Below are positions 16,732 to 24,332 of a stretch of 26,917 nt of DNA, one piece after another. Each line of letters begins with the position of its first letter. The first letter of the stretch is position 1. Source of the stretch: Oxalobacteraceae bacterium. GTDB lineage: Bacteria; Pseudomonadota; Gammaproteobacteria; Burkholderiales; Burkholderiaceae_D. The notes beneath the pieces are model-generated. The model was given only the letters and a program-made list of their open reading frames with translations. It was not told the DNA's origin and did not search any database. The position numbers and the translations under genes were made by a program. The stretch lies in NCBI GenBank assembly GCA_027486615.1, contig JAIXOW010000245.1, forward strand, positions 1 through 26,917. Reading direction: 5' to 3'.

Positions 16732-17134
16732 AACGTGATCCTTTCATAAAGTTGGAAGAGCACACTTAAGTTAAGCCCGATTCGCCGAAATGGACAACCT
16801 CAATTTGTCCGAAATCACTAAAAACCACCTAATTTCCCCCTATAAAACCAATGGTTTTCTTGTATCAGGCATAAATATTTTTGCGAGTTGCTTGGTTACG
16901 ATGTAAGGGTCGCCTAAGAAAAGCAGTCGCTGGCGTATAGCCGAGTAGTTGTGCTTAGTGAGTAACTCAAGTGACAAATGAGTAACTCTGACAAGCAACA
17001 AGACCTAGTAACTTCCCCTTTGGGGTTTGCAACTTCTTACTCGACTCGACTACACGTCGGCAACATTTTTTCTTCTTCTCGCAACTGCAACCAAACCAGC
17101 AACATAGCGATGAGAAACTACAAGGAAAAATCAA

Positions 17135-17605
17135 ATGACAATCATCACAGAACGAGAAATAGCAGTAAGAGGATTTAATAATGAACGCATCAATACCAGC
17201 TTTGGCAAGGGATTATTTCGTAGAGCTATCTATAACTGCTCTGTTGAGCTACGAGACCCTAATGAAAAATACTTAATTGATCTCTATGACTTCGCTCACT
17301 GGCAGCATCAAGCAAGAACAGACTTCCAAATCGACATAGTTAGAAAGATGGCAAATGAAGGTGCTGAAGATGAAAGTGACTTACTTTTGTCTTGGATACA
17401 GCACTACAACCCATTAAGTAAAACCAAAACACCAGTAGAGGGCTACTGCATCTATTTACTCTCTTCCAGAGAGTTGTATGTAGAAATCAATGACCCAGTA
17501 AATAATACCATCGGGGATTGGTCGTTGCGAGTTCAGCAATGTAAAACTGAAGGAGTTGGCAAACCTGTTTTTATTGCAACGAATGTAGATTTGGGTAAGT
17601 GGTAA
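17135..17605 (+). CDS. hypothetical protein
   Basis: 156-aa ORF with an AAGGAAA Shine-Dalgarno sequence, divergent from 16291..16731. Confidence 0.5.
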   Translation: MTIITEREIAVRGFNNERINTSFGKGLFRRAIYNCSVELRDPNEKYLIDLYDFAHWQHQARTDFQIDIVRKMANEGAEDESDLLLSWIQHYNPLSKTKTPVEGYCIYLLSSRELYVEINDPVNNTIGDWSLRVQQCKTEGVGKPVFIATNVDLGKW

Positions 17606-17650
17606 ACAGCCCAGCACATACAACTAGCTCAGCTTAGTAATACATCAAAC

Positions 17651-17724
17651 AAGCCCTACAGTAAGCGCAAATTAAAAATACAACGTCTAGTTGCTGGACG
17701 CTGCAATAAACGCTTGTAGGGCTT
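17651..17724 (+). repeat. nested hairpin: outer stem AAGCCCTACA..AGCG/CGCT.TGTAGGGCTT enclosing palindrome copy 6 (17684-17700, TTG loop)
   Basis: Both stems were read directly. The inner core is CGTCTAGTTGCTGGACG. Confidence 0.65.
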
Positions 17725-17743
17725 AATTTAAAATCAATTGAAG

Positions 17744-17766
17744 TTATCCACAAAATCTGTGGGTAA
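17744..17766. promoter_or_regulatory. inverted pair of DnaA-box-like 9-mers
   Basis: TTATCCACA (a perfect consensus) at 17744-17752 and TGTGGGTAA (reverse complement TTACCCACA) at 17758-17766, followed by an AT-rich stretch. Confidence 0.4.
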
Positions 17767-17885
17767 AGTCCCATATTAAAAATATAAAACAAGCAAAAGC
17801 AATACTCTTATCGGTGTGCATAAAATCTAAGCAGTCAAATCCTGCGAAATTCATAACGAAATACGATAAATAATTAGATGTAAAA

Positions 17886-17917
17886 CTGCATAAGAAAATT
17901 GTACTTTTCTTATGCAG
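17886..17917. repeat. perfect 13-bp inverted repeat with a 6-nt loop
   Basis: CTGCATAAGAAAA-TTGTAC-TTTTCTTATGCAG, 128 nt upstream of the small recombinase start. Confidence 0.7.
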
Positions 17918-18044
17918 ATTATTTAAGTCATTGATTCTTGGAAGATCTCGGCTTTTTACTACCCAATAAAAAAGAGGTCGTCCATTTTGGAAAAAGAAAA
18001 CACAATAAAAGCATGTGTTTTATTTATCTAAAAAGGACAAAAAC

Positions 18045-18611
18045 ATGGCACAAGCTAAAACCCTAACCCAAGCAGAATTTGATCAAGCACTTCGTTATAT
18101 CAGCACGAGAAACTTTGCAATTCGTAATCGCACTTTATTTTTAATTAGTCACTGGTCGGGAATGAGAGTGGGAGAAATCGCAAGTCTCACAATTGCTGAT
18201 GTTGTTAATGCAGATGGCAGCATCAAAGCTGAAATACGCTTAACAGCAGAGCAAACCAAAGGCAGACACCCCAGAACAGTCTATTTGCCACAAAAGCTCA
18301 TAGAAGAAATCCAGTATTACCTACGTCATCGCTGCGTCAATAGCACAAGTGAATCCTTGTTCTATACAGCAAATGGCAAGCCATTTACTGCAAATAGTCT
18401 CTGTCAGTACTTTTTTTGGATGTACAGAAAAGCTGGTATTGCGGGAGCAAGCAGTCACAGTGGACGCAGAAATTTTATTACTTCATTGGCTGCTAAAGGT
18501 ATATCAGTTCGTGTACTTGCAAGTCTTGCAGGACACCGTGATATCTCAGTTACACAAAAGTATATCGACGTATCAGACGATATGAAGCGAGCCGCAGTGG
18601 AATTGGTTTAG
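18045..18611 (+). CDS. small (FimB/FimE-sized) tyrosine recombinase, catalytic domain only
   Basis: GMRVGEIASL (Arg I), HSGRRNF (HxxR) and GHRDISVTQKY (His/Tyr). I start it at ATG 18045, which has an AAGGA Shine-Dalgarno sequence. Confidence 0.85.
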   Translation: MAQAKTLTQAEFDQALRYISTRNFAIRNRTLFLISHWSGMRVGEIASLTIADVVNADGSIKAEIRLTAEQTKGRHPRTVYLPQKLIEEIQYYLRHRCVNSTSESLFYTANGKPFTANSLCQYFFWMYRKAGIAGASSHSGRRNFITSLAAKGISVRVLASLAGHRDISVTQKYIDVSDDMKRAAVELV

Positions 18612-18632
18612 GGAGTGATGAAATAAGAAGTA

Positions 18633-19574
18633 TCAATTAATCGATGACTTGCTTAACCAAATTTCGCGTAATCGTTCTTTTTCTTTTGTTTCCCAAGTAT
18701 TTTTGGCTCGAATACGTTTTGCTAGTGCAGCATATTCGAAATCAATCATCTCAACTGGTTCAGCACAAGGGAATCGTCCTCTAGCAGCATTCTCTGCTAT
18801 CAATTCGAATTTTCTAAGTGCTCGACCAGTGATCTTTGTCATCATTTCACGATCATAAGATTCTAATGTGTTACTAGTTTTTCTTTCACTATTGGGATCC
18901 AATGTCTCTGCATAAGATTTACTAAATTTAGAAGATGCACCAAGACGCCAATATTCCCATTTAGGTTTAGCTGCTCTAAACCACAATAAACGCAAGCCAT
19001 TCATTAGCTCTTTTTTCCTCAATCTCTTTCCGTATAGCTTAAGAGTGGGCTGCTTTTTTGATGGACTAGTATCTGCTTTTAGTTCATCAATAATTGCTCC
19101 TATTTGTTTCATCAAGTCTGCTCGCTTTAATTGCACTGGAAGCGCAATCAAAACTGATTCAACTAATCCTTCGCTCTTTCTTGTATCTAATAAGTAATCC
19201 TTTAAGGCAGGCGATATATCTTGACTAGCGATATCAACACCACCTTTTAGGGCAACTATCTTGTGAACTTTGGGCTTGTCGTGTGGATTACCAAATACCT
19301 TCAAGCCATATTTAATCCACCACTGCCTAAATAGAATCCTTTGTACATCGCCAAGTAGACGATACGTCTCCATCACTTGGTCAAAATCTTTGGGAAGGCG
19401 CAGCTTTTCCGCTTCAGTCAGCAGACCTTCACTGGACTTCCTAGCTAGTTCATAGCTAGGGCTAAGTCTCAAAAACTCAAACATCAGCTCAAAAGCCAAA
19501 GTTGGCTCTGCATGCAGGCCAGGCTTGAAGAAATCAGTAGTTCTGAGGTGCCAAGGTAGTAATTTGGTCTTCAT
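18633..19574 (-). CDS. hypothetical 313-aa basic protein
   Basis: Long ORF. I use the internal Met (MKTKLLPWHL) because the upstream extension looks non-coding. No motif recognised. Confidence 0.5.
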   Translation of the reverse strand: MKTKLLPWHLRTTDFFKPGLHAEPTLAFELMFEFLRLSPSYELARKSSEGLLTEAEKLRLPKDFDQVMETYRLLGDVQRILFRQWWIKYGLKVFGNPHDKPKVHKIVALKGGVDIASQDISPALKDYLLDTRKSEGLVESVLIALPVQLKRADLMKQIGAIIDELKADTSPSKKQPTLKLYGKRLRKKELMNGLRLLWFRAAKPKWEYWRLGASSKFSKSYAETLDPNSERKTSNTLESYDREMMTKITGRALRKFELIAENAARGRFPCAEPVEMIDFEYAALAKRIRAKNTWETKEKERLREIWLSKSSIN

Positions 19575-19712
19575 ATATCTACAGATAATAACAAAAAATA
19601 ATGTGTATACGGTTTTAATTGTAGCTAATGTTCTAATGCACTTCATCAGCAAGACATCACTTACAGGCAATTCCGCCACCCGTTGCGCTGATTCTTTTAT
19701 AAGGAGCCCATC

Positions 19713-20522
19713 ATGGCTAATGCAACAAATACAGTAGTAGTAAAAAACGCAGTTTTCACTCCATCTGCTGCTGATACCACTTTTGCAAATAGCAGCGTCC
19801 AGACTCTGGACGGTTTAGTTCAGCGTCGTAAGCAGTGGGAAGCCACTGACTACAAAAAAGCTAACGAAGGACTTTATGCCTTGTTAGCTGATTGTTTGGA
19901 ATTGTTTCAAAACCAGTTCGTTTCAGCAGATGCTAATGCTCAAAAAACTTTGCGTCTTGAAATAACAGACAAGCTAAAGGCTGATGGAGTAAAGGTACAA
20001 AAAACTACGCCAACATTAACTATGTTTGTACGTTTTGTATTTGGCTCAGATCGTAAACGTGCACATGGCTACGCTTACGTGCTTAAAGCTGCTATTTCGC
20101 AAGGTGTAAGTGCTGCAGACTTGTCTGCATACATTGCTGCTGAAGGCGGCATTGAAGAAGTTAAGCGCAAGATGGTTGTATCTGAAACAGCGCAAGTTAA
20201 TCGCGCCAACTTAGCGTCTGCTAAAGCTGCTGTTGTTAGTGCAGTCGAACAAGCCGCAGTAGCACCTCTGGCACGTATTGCGATGGCAGGTATTACTGGC
20301 AAGTTTGCATTGCTGTTAGCGCAACCTACACCTGATGGCATGGTAAACATCGTTGGTGTTTTACCAGAGGCACAAGATGCTTTAGTGGATGCGCTCATTG
20401 CAAAGATGGCTAAGCGCAAGGTTGACGGCGATGCAGCAGAGGCTGCGCTTAATAAAGAAGCTACTGATTTGATGGCTGGTTCAGTTGCTGTCAATGCACC
20501 TGTCTACGCCAAGCAAGCGTAA
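19713..20522 (+). CDS. hypothetical Ala-rich protein
   Basis: 269 aa with a strong AAGGAG Shine-Dalgarno sequence and about 50% GC. The antisense ORF 20075..20494 is rejected. Confidence 0.55.
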   Translation: MANATNTVVVKNAVFTPSAADTTFANSSVQTLDGLVQRRKQWEATDYKKANEGLYALLADCLELFQNQFVSADANAQKTLRLEITDKLKADGVKVQKTTPTLTMFVRFVFGSDRKRAHGYAYVLKAAISQGVSAADLSAYIAAEGGIEEVKRKMVVSETAQVNRANLASAKAAVVSAVEQAAVAPLARIAMAGITGKFALLLAQPTPDGMVNIVGVLPEAQDALVDALIAKMAKRKVDGDAAEAALNKEATDLMAGSVAVNAPVYAKQA

Positions 20523-20534
20523 TGAAACGTAATT

Positions 20535-20563
20535 GGGGAGAGCTATGTGCTCTCCCTTTTTTT
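20535..20563 (+). terminator. rho-independent terminator/attenuator between 19713..20522 and the ATPase gene
   Basis: GGGAGAGC-TATGT-GCTCTCCC followed by T7. Confidence 0.7.
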
Positions 20564-20590
20564 ATTCAATCATCTCTGAAAGGAATCCTC

Positions 20591-21292
20591 ATGAAAGTCG
20601 AAATTAAATATGCACCACAGTCACTTGGTGATGTTGTGTACACAAGCGCAGCGCAAGATATACGTATTAATGCTTACGCTCAATCTGGGCTTAATGGTCA
20701 CATCATCCTGTGGGGACCGAACGGCACTGGCAAGTCCACAGTAGCAAAGCTTTTACCTAATGCAATCGCAGGCACTCAAGCAATTATCGAGTCTAAAAGT
20801 TTGGAAGATCTTCTAGCTATTAAAGATCTTAAAACGTATTTAATGAGAGAAGCACATTCAGCCAAAGTGGTTTTTGGTGGGAAGTATTTCTTAGTCTATG
20901 ACGAAGCAGATGCTACCAAAGGCAGTATGGCAAAGTTTTGGACTGCAGTTGATTATTGCGGGGATGATCTAATGATGATTCTCACAACCAACAATCCTAT
21001 GTCAATTGCTCAAAGTGTTCGCTCACGCTCGGACGAGATTGAGTTTCCAGCATTAACTCCGCAGCAGTTTTTGTCACGTGCTCAGTACATGCTTAGTGCT
21101 GAAGGCGTCAATCTTCCCAATGCACAAGTTCTGCATTATCTAGTGCAAATTCAGCACACACCTGACTTACGCAAGTACTGCCGAAAGGTAGACGAACTGA
21201 TTTATCTAGTTCAGAACAATTTACCTTTACCGCCTTTTCCTAACGTGGCAGCTAATCAGCCTCAAATGAAAATTGTGGTGGGCAGCAAGTAA
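20591..21292 (+). CDS. AAA+ ATPase, clamp-loader (RFC small subunit/gp44/HolB)-like
   Basis: KYAPQSLGDVV, Walker A GPNGTGKST, Walker B LVYDEAD, sensor-1 TTNN and an SRC-like RSRS. Start set at the Met with an AAGGA Shine-Dalgarno sequence. Confidence 0.75.
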   Translation: MKVEIKYAPQSLGDVVYTSAAQDIRINAYAQSGLNGHIILWGPNGTGKSTVAKLLPNAIAGTQAIIESKSLEDLLAIKDLKTYLMREAHSAKVVFGGKYFLVYDEADATKGSMAKFWTAVDYCGDDLMMILTTNNPMSIAQSVRSRSDEIEFPALTPQQFLSRAQYMLSAEGVNLPNAQVLHYLVQIQHTPDLRKYCRKVDELIYLVQNNLPLPPFPNVAANQPQMKIVVGSK

Positions 21293-21301
21293 CTACAACT
21301 T

Positions 21302-21334
21302 AAATGAACCGTCTAGTAACAGGACGGTTCATTT
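21302..21334 (+). repeat. 17-nt hairpin palindrome, copy 7 (TAA loop, 12-bp extended stem)
   Basis: AAATGAACCGTC-TAGTAACAG-GACGGTTCATTT between convergent stops. It overlaps the integrase stop codon. Confidence 0.75.
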
Positions 21335-22574
21335 ATGCTAGTTTCTCAGCGTTCAGCATAGGCGTTATTTTGCTGTAATGTTTTTCAATCATTCCAATCG
21401 AAGTTCCCATCTGTCGTGCAAGTGTGTGTATATCAACACCACTTGATAGTGCAAAGGTCGCATAAGTGTGACGTAAACTATATAAAGTTCTATTGCGACC
21501 AGCAGTATCTAGTGCTAGACCAGAATCCCGCATTAAAGTTCGAAATACGCCTTCCATTTGATAAGGTGTACCGCCATTAGGATAAGCAAACACGAGTTTA
21601 TCTATTCGAGCGTTAATGACATCATTCAAATCAGTGCAACCCAAATCCTGCCAATCAGCTAATCGCTCTAGCACAGGAATAGTTTGATGTTTAGCGATTA
21701 AATAGCGTGGTCCTGTTTTGCCTGAGACCCACAGACGCAAATATTTTTGTTCACCAGTGTAGTGCCACTGCAAATGCCGCCAGCGCAAAGCTCTAGCTTC
21801 TGTTCCATGTCTAATGCCTGTGTATAACAAGAACTCGACATACGATCGACATAAGCGGCGCATTAAGCGAGACATCTGTAGTCGTCCACCTAATTCCCAA
21901 TTAACCATAAAAGCTAACAATTCATCAATCTCAGATTGTGAAAAAGCTGGGCGGGCTTGACTCTTTTCTCCATCGATGGGTAGATCAGGAAATGCTCTCT
22001 CCGTCGAAATAAGTCCTTGTTTGCGGGCAAGTTTGATTACACGGTTATAGGCACTGGCGTGATTACGCATGGTACTGGCTTTGGGCTCACGTCCCATAAT
22101 CATTTCACGCCATGCTGAAAAATCTTCAATCGTTTCGTCTCTTATATCAACGATAGGTATTTTTCCGAAAAAAGGTATTAGATACTTATTGATTGCGAAG
22201 ATATAGTCTTTATAAGTTATTGGTGCTCGAGAGTTATCTAATGCTCGTCGCATAGCTGCAAGTTCTTCTTGTGCCACCGCACTAAATGTCTTCTTAGAGA
22301 TAGATTCGCCAGCAGCTAGTTGGCTCAGAATCTGGTGCTGAACTTCTATGCCCGCAGTTTTGGCTAAGTCAAGATTGCTTTGGCCAGTACTCGCAGAGTG
22401 CCAATTGCCAGAAGGTAGTTTGAAGCGAACTTGCCATCTGCTACTCGTTGACCGTTTATAGAGAGTTGCTGTGTGGTCAGCCTGAGATGCCGTTAATTCA
22501 ACGGACTTGGAGATGATGTTGAAAAGTGCATTTAGATTTTGCAAAGCAAGCGTCCAGTTACTAGACGCTTGCAT
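21333..22574 (-). CDS. tyrosine-type site-specific integrase
   Basis: C-terminal LYSLRHTYATFAL...GTSIGMIEKHYSK. The N-terminal start is uncertain because the first codons are palindrome copy 8. Confidence 0.9.
   Translation of the reverse strand: MQASSNWTLALQNLNALFNIISKSVELTASQADHTATLYKRSTSSRWQVRFKLPSGNWHSASTGQSNLDLAKTAGIEVQHQILSQLAAGESISKKTFSAVAQEELAAMRRALDNSRAPITYKDYIFAINKYLIPFFGKIPIVDIRDETIEDFSAWREMIMGREPKASTMRNHASAYNRVIKLARKQGLISTERAFPDLPIDGEKSQARPAFSQSEIDELLAFMVNWELGGRLQMSRLMRRLCRSYVEFLLYTGIRHGTEARALRWRHLQWHYTGEQKYLRLWVSGKTGPRYLIAKHQTIPVLERLADWQDLGCTDLNDVINARIDKLVFAYPNGGTPYQMEGVFRTLMRDSGLALDTAGRNRTLYSLRHTYATFALSSGVDIHTLARQMGTSIGMIEKHYSKITPMLNAEKLA
22546..22572 (-). repeat. 17-nt hairpin palindrome, copy 8 (reverse orientation, TAA loop, extended stem)
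   Basis: GCAAGCGTCCAGTTACTAGACGCTTGC. The minus strand reads CGTCTAGTAACTGGACG. Confidence 0.75.
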
Positions 22575-22616
22575 AATATTTGAAATTAAAGAAAGAGGGC
22601 AATGAAAAAATAGATA

Positions 22617-23921
22617 TCAATTTCTTCCAATGGCGGTCCGCTTACTCTGAAGTAATTGAATATTCATTTCAGCAGTTAAATTTGATGCGTAAAATTGTTC
22701 AATCATTTGGACAGATGTTCTTGAGTTTCTTGCTAAAGTTAATAAATCTATTCCCTGTCCATAAAGCAAACGAAACATAATTGCTGTGTGTCGTAGGCTA
22801 TAAAGTGATCGACTCTGGCCAAGTGGCCCCGTCTTTAGATTTGATTCAGATAAAATTTTATTGAAGTGAACAGATAGTAGTGGCCCTACGATTTTTCTAT
22901 TTTTGATTTGAGGTAGAAATAAATAATCCTCTTGTGAGGCTAGTCCGATTCTATCCATGTATTTTTTTAACTTTTCATAAACTCGAACCGCAGGTCTTAG
23001 AGTGACAATTTGAGCTTTATGTCTTTTGGTCTCTGGGAGGGTTAATCGTAAGTATGTATTTTCTTGTCTAATTATTTCTACATGCTTATGCTGAATATGT
23101 ATGACATCGCTGGGTCGCATAAAGCCATTGACCATAAATCGAATAATCCAAATCATTTCCTTTGGTACGTTTTGACTTCTAGTGAATGCACCTCCAGCAC
23201 GATTTCTATGAGTGGGTATCGTATTTGCAGTAGATATTTTTGATAGTTTACGGGCAGTTTTTGTTAATAGAAGATATTCTTTAGTAGTAAATCCTCCTCT
23301 TGGAAGAAATTGTTTTCTGATCTTTGGAAATAAAGGTATACGATAAATTAATTCATTTTCTAATGCATAGTGAAGTATTTTCTTTAGAGATTGTAGATGT
23401 TGGGAAACTGAAATTGATCCTAATTGTCTATCACTTAATGTTGTGATTAGATGGTGTATGTCTTTCTGATTTATTTCCTTAATATCTCTATGTCCAAACA
23501 TTGGTAATAAACAGCCATTCACTCGATATCTAAAATTTTTAAAGGTTGTTTCAGATATTTCGCCAAATAATTGTCTTTGGTGTTCAAAGGCGATGACTTT
23601 ATCTGCTATGTCAGTAAATTGTGTGGATTTGCCATCAACAGATCGCTTATCTGTATCGTGTGGTTTATACCGAAAACCTATTAGCTGATTAAAAAAAGAC
23701 TTCGCTCTTTCCTCTGCAATATTCAAATCAACTACTTTTGAAGATTTGGTAATGACGTGGCTACCAAATCTTATATGTATTTGCCAGAAAGGGCTGTTGG
23801 TAACCTGATAAAGTTTAAGTGATTTAGGGTAACCTTCAATTTTATGTCTCGCCGAGCTTACTGATTTCAATATCTCTTGATTTTTAAATGGTATTGAGAG
23901 CGAAGGAGTAGTTGATGGCAT
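22617..23921 (-). CDS. tyrosine-type site-specific integrase (second, tandem)
   Basis: LYSLRHTAIMFRL...SRTSVQMIEQFYAS, with a WQIHIRFG arm-type N-terminus similar to WQVRFKLP in the neighbouring integrase. Confidence 0.9.
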   Translation of the reverse strand: MPSTTPSLSIPFKNQEILKSVSSARHKIEGYPKSLKLYQVTNSPFWQIHIRFGSHVITKSSKVVDLNIAEERAKSFFNQLIGFRYKPHDTDKRSVDGKSTQFTDIADKVIAFEHQRQLFGEISETTFKNFRYRVNGCLLPMFGHRDIKEINQKDIHHLITTLSDRQLGSISVSQHLQSLKKILHYALENELIYRIPLFPKIRKQFLPRGGFTTKEYLLLTKTARKLSKISTANTIPTHRNRAGGAFTRSQNVPKEMIWIIRFMVNGFMRPSDVIHIQHKHVEIIRQENTYLRLTLPETKRHKAQIVTLRPAVRVYEKLKKYMDRIGLASQEDYLFLPQIKNRKIVGPLLSVHFNKILSESNLKTGPLGQSRSLYSLRHTAIMFRLLYGQGIDLLTLARNSRTSVQMIEQFYASNLTAEMNIQLLQSKRTAIGRN

Positions 23922-24162
23922 ATTTATAATCCCTGAAAAAATGGAAAAATAAATAACGATGATTATGTTTTCTTTTTATGTCTTATTTTGTAAAAATATA
24001 CTTCAAATTGCAACCATTTAAATATACAAAAAAATATATTGTCTTTATAAAATTTAGTTAAATATGACTTAAAAGGTTGTAGTGACATGATCAAAAAACT
24101 TTTATTGTTCTCAATATTTTTGTAATGTTTGAAGATAAGCGTCGATTTAAGGGACACCGACA

Positions 24163-24187
24163 ACCTGCTGGGATGGCAGGTTTTTTT
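24163..24187 (+). terminator. orphan plus-strand terminator in the AT-rich gap
   Basis: ACCTGC-TGGGATG-GCAGGT followed by T6-7. No annotated plus-strand gene lies upstream. Confidence 0.5.
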
Positions 24188-24258
24188 ACGTTCGAAATAT
24201 TTGAGCGAGAGATTTAGATTGGCTTCATACGGTGATGTGTAAGCTTTGAATGAGCAAT

Positions 24259-24288
24259 AAAAAAAGCCACTCCGAAGAGTGGCTTTTA
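24259..24288 (-). terminator. porin terminator (bidirectional)
   Basis: AGCCACTC-CGAA-GAGTGGCT flanked by A/T runs, 45 nt beyond the porin stop. Confidence 0.75.
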
Positions 24289-24332
24289 AGTACAACGTTT
24301 CTAAATCAAATCGGTATTAAACCGACTTGAAA

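Larger units (their letters stand above)
13486..23960. mobile_element. putative integrative genomic island (three tyrosine recombinases, cargo of unknown genes)
   Basis: It starts exactly where the tRNA fragment breaks off. GC is mosaic and tandem integrases sit at the far end. The right boundary is not resolved and no intact tRNA is seen in the window. Confidence 0.5.

Noticed and set aside
16978-17178. 66-aa ORF overlapping the start of 17135..17605.
   Set aside because: It is S/N/T-rich and low-complexity with no Shine-Dalgarno sequence. The downstream ORF has a good AAGGAAA Shine-Dalgarno sequence, so this region is more likely promoter or leader. It contains two TGAGTAACTC direct repeats.
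18015-20590. The ORF-track N-terminal extensions of 18015..18611, 18633..19679 and 20522..21292.
   Set aside because: Internal Met codons at 18045, 19574 and 20591 have proper Shine-Dalgarno sequences or give family-typical N-termini. The 20522 extension would read through a strong terminator hairpin.
23963-24295. 110-aa minus-strand ORF upstream of the second integrase.
   Set aside because: The translation is K/F/Y/I-rich and low-complexity, as expected from an open frame in AT-rich spacer DNA. It also runs across two terminator hairpins.
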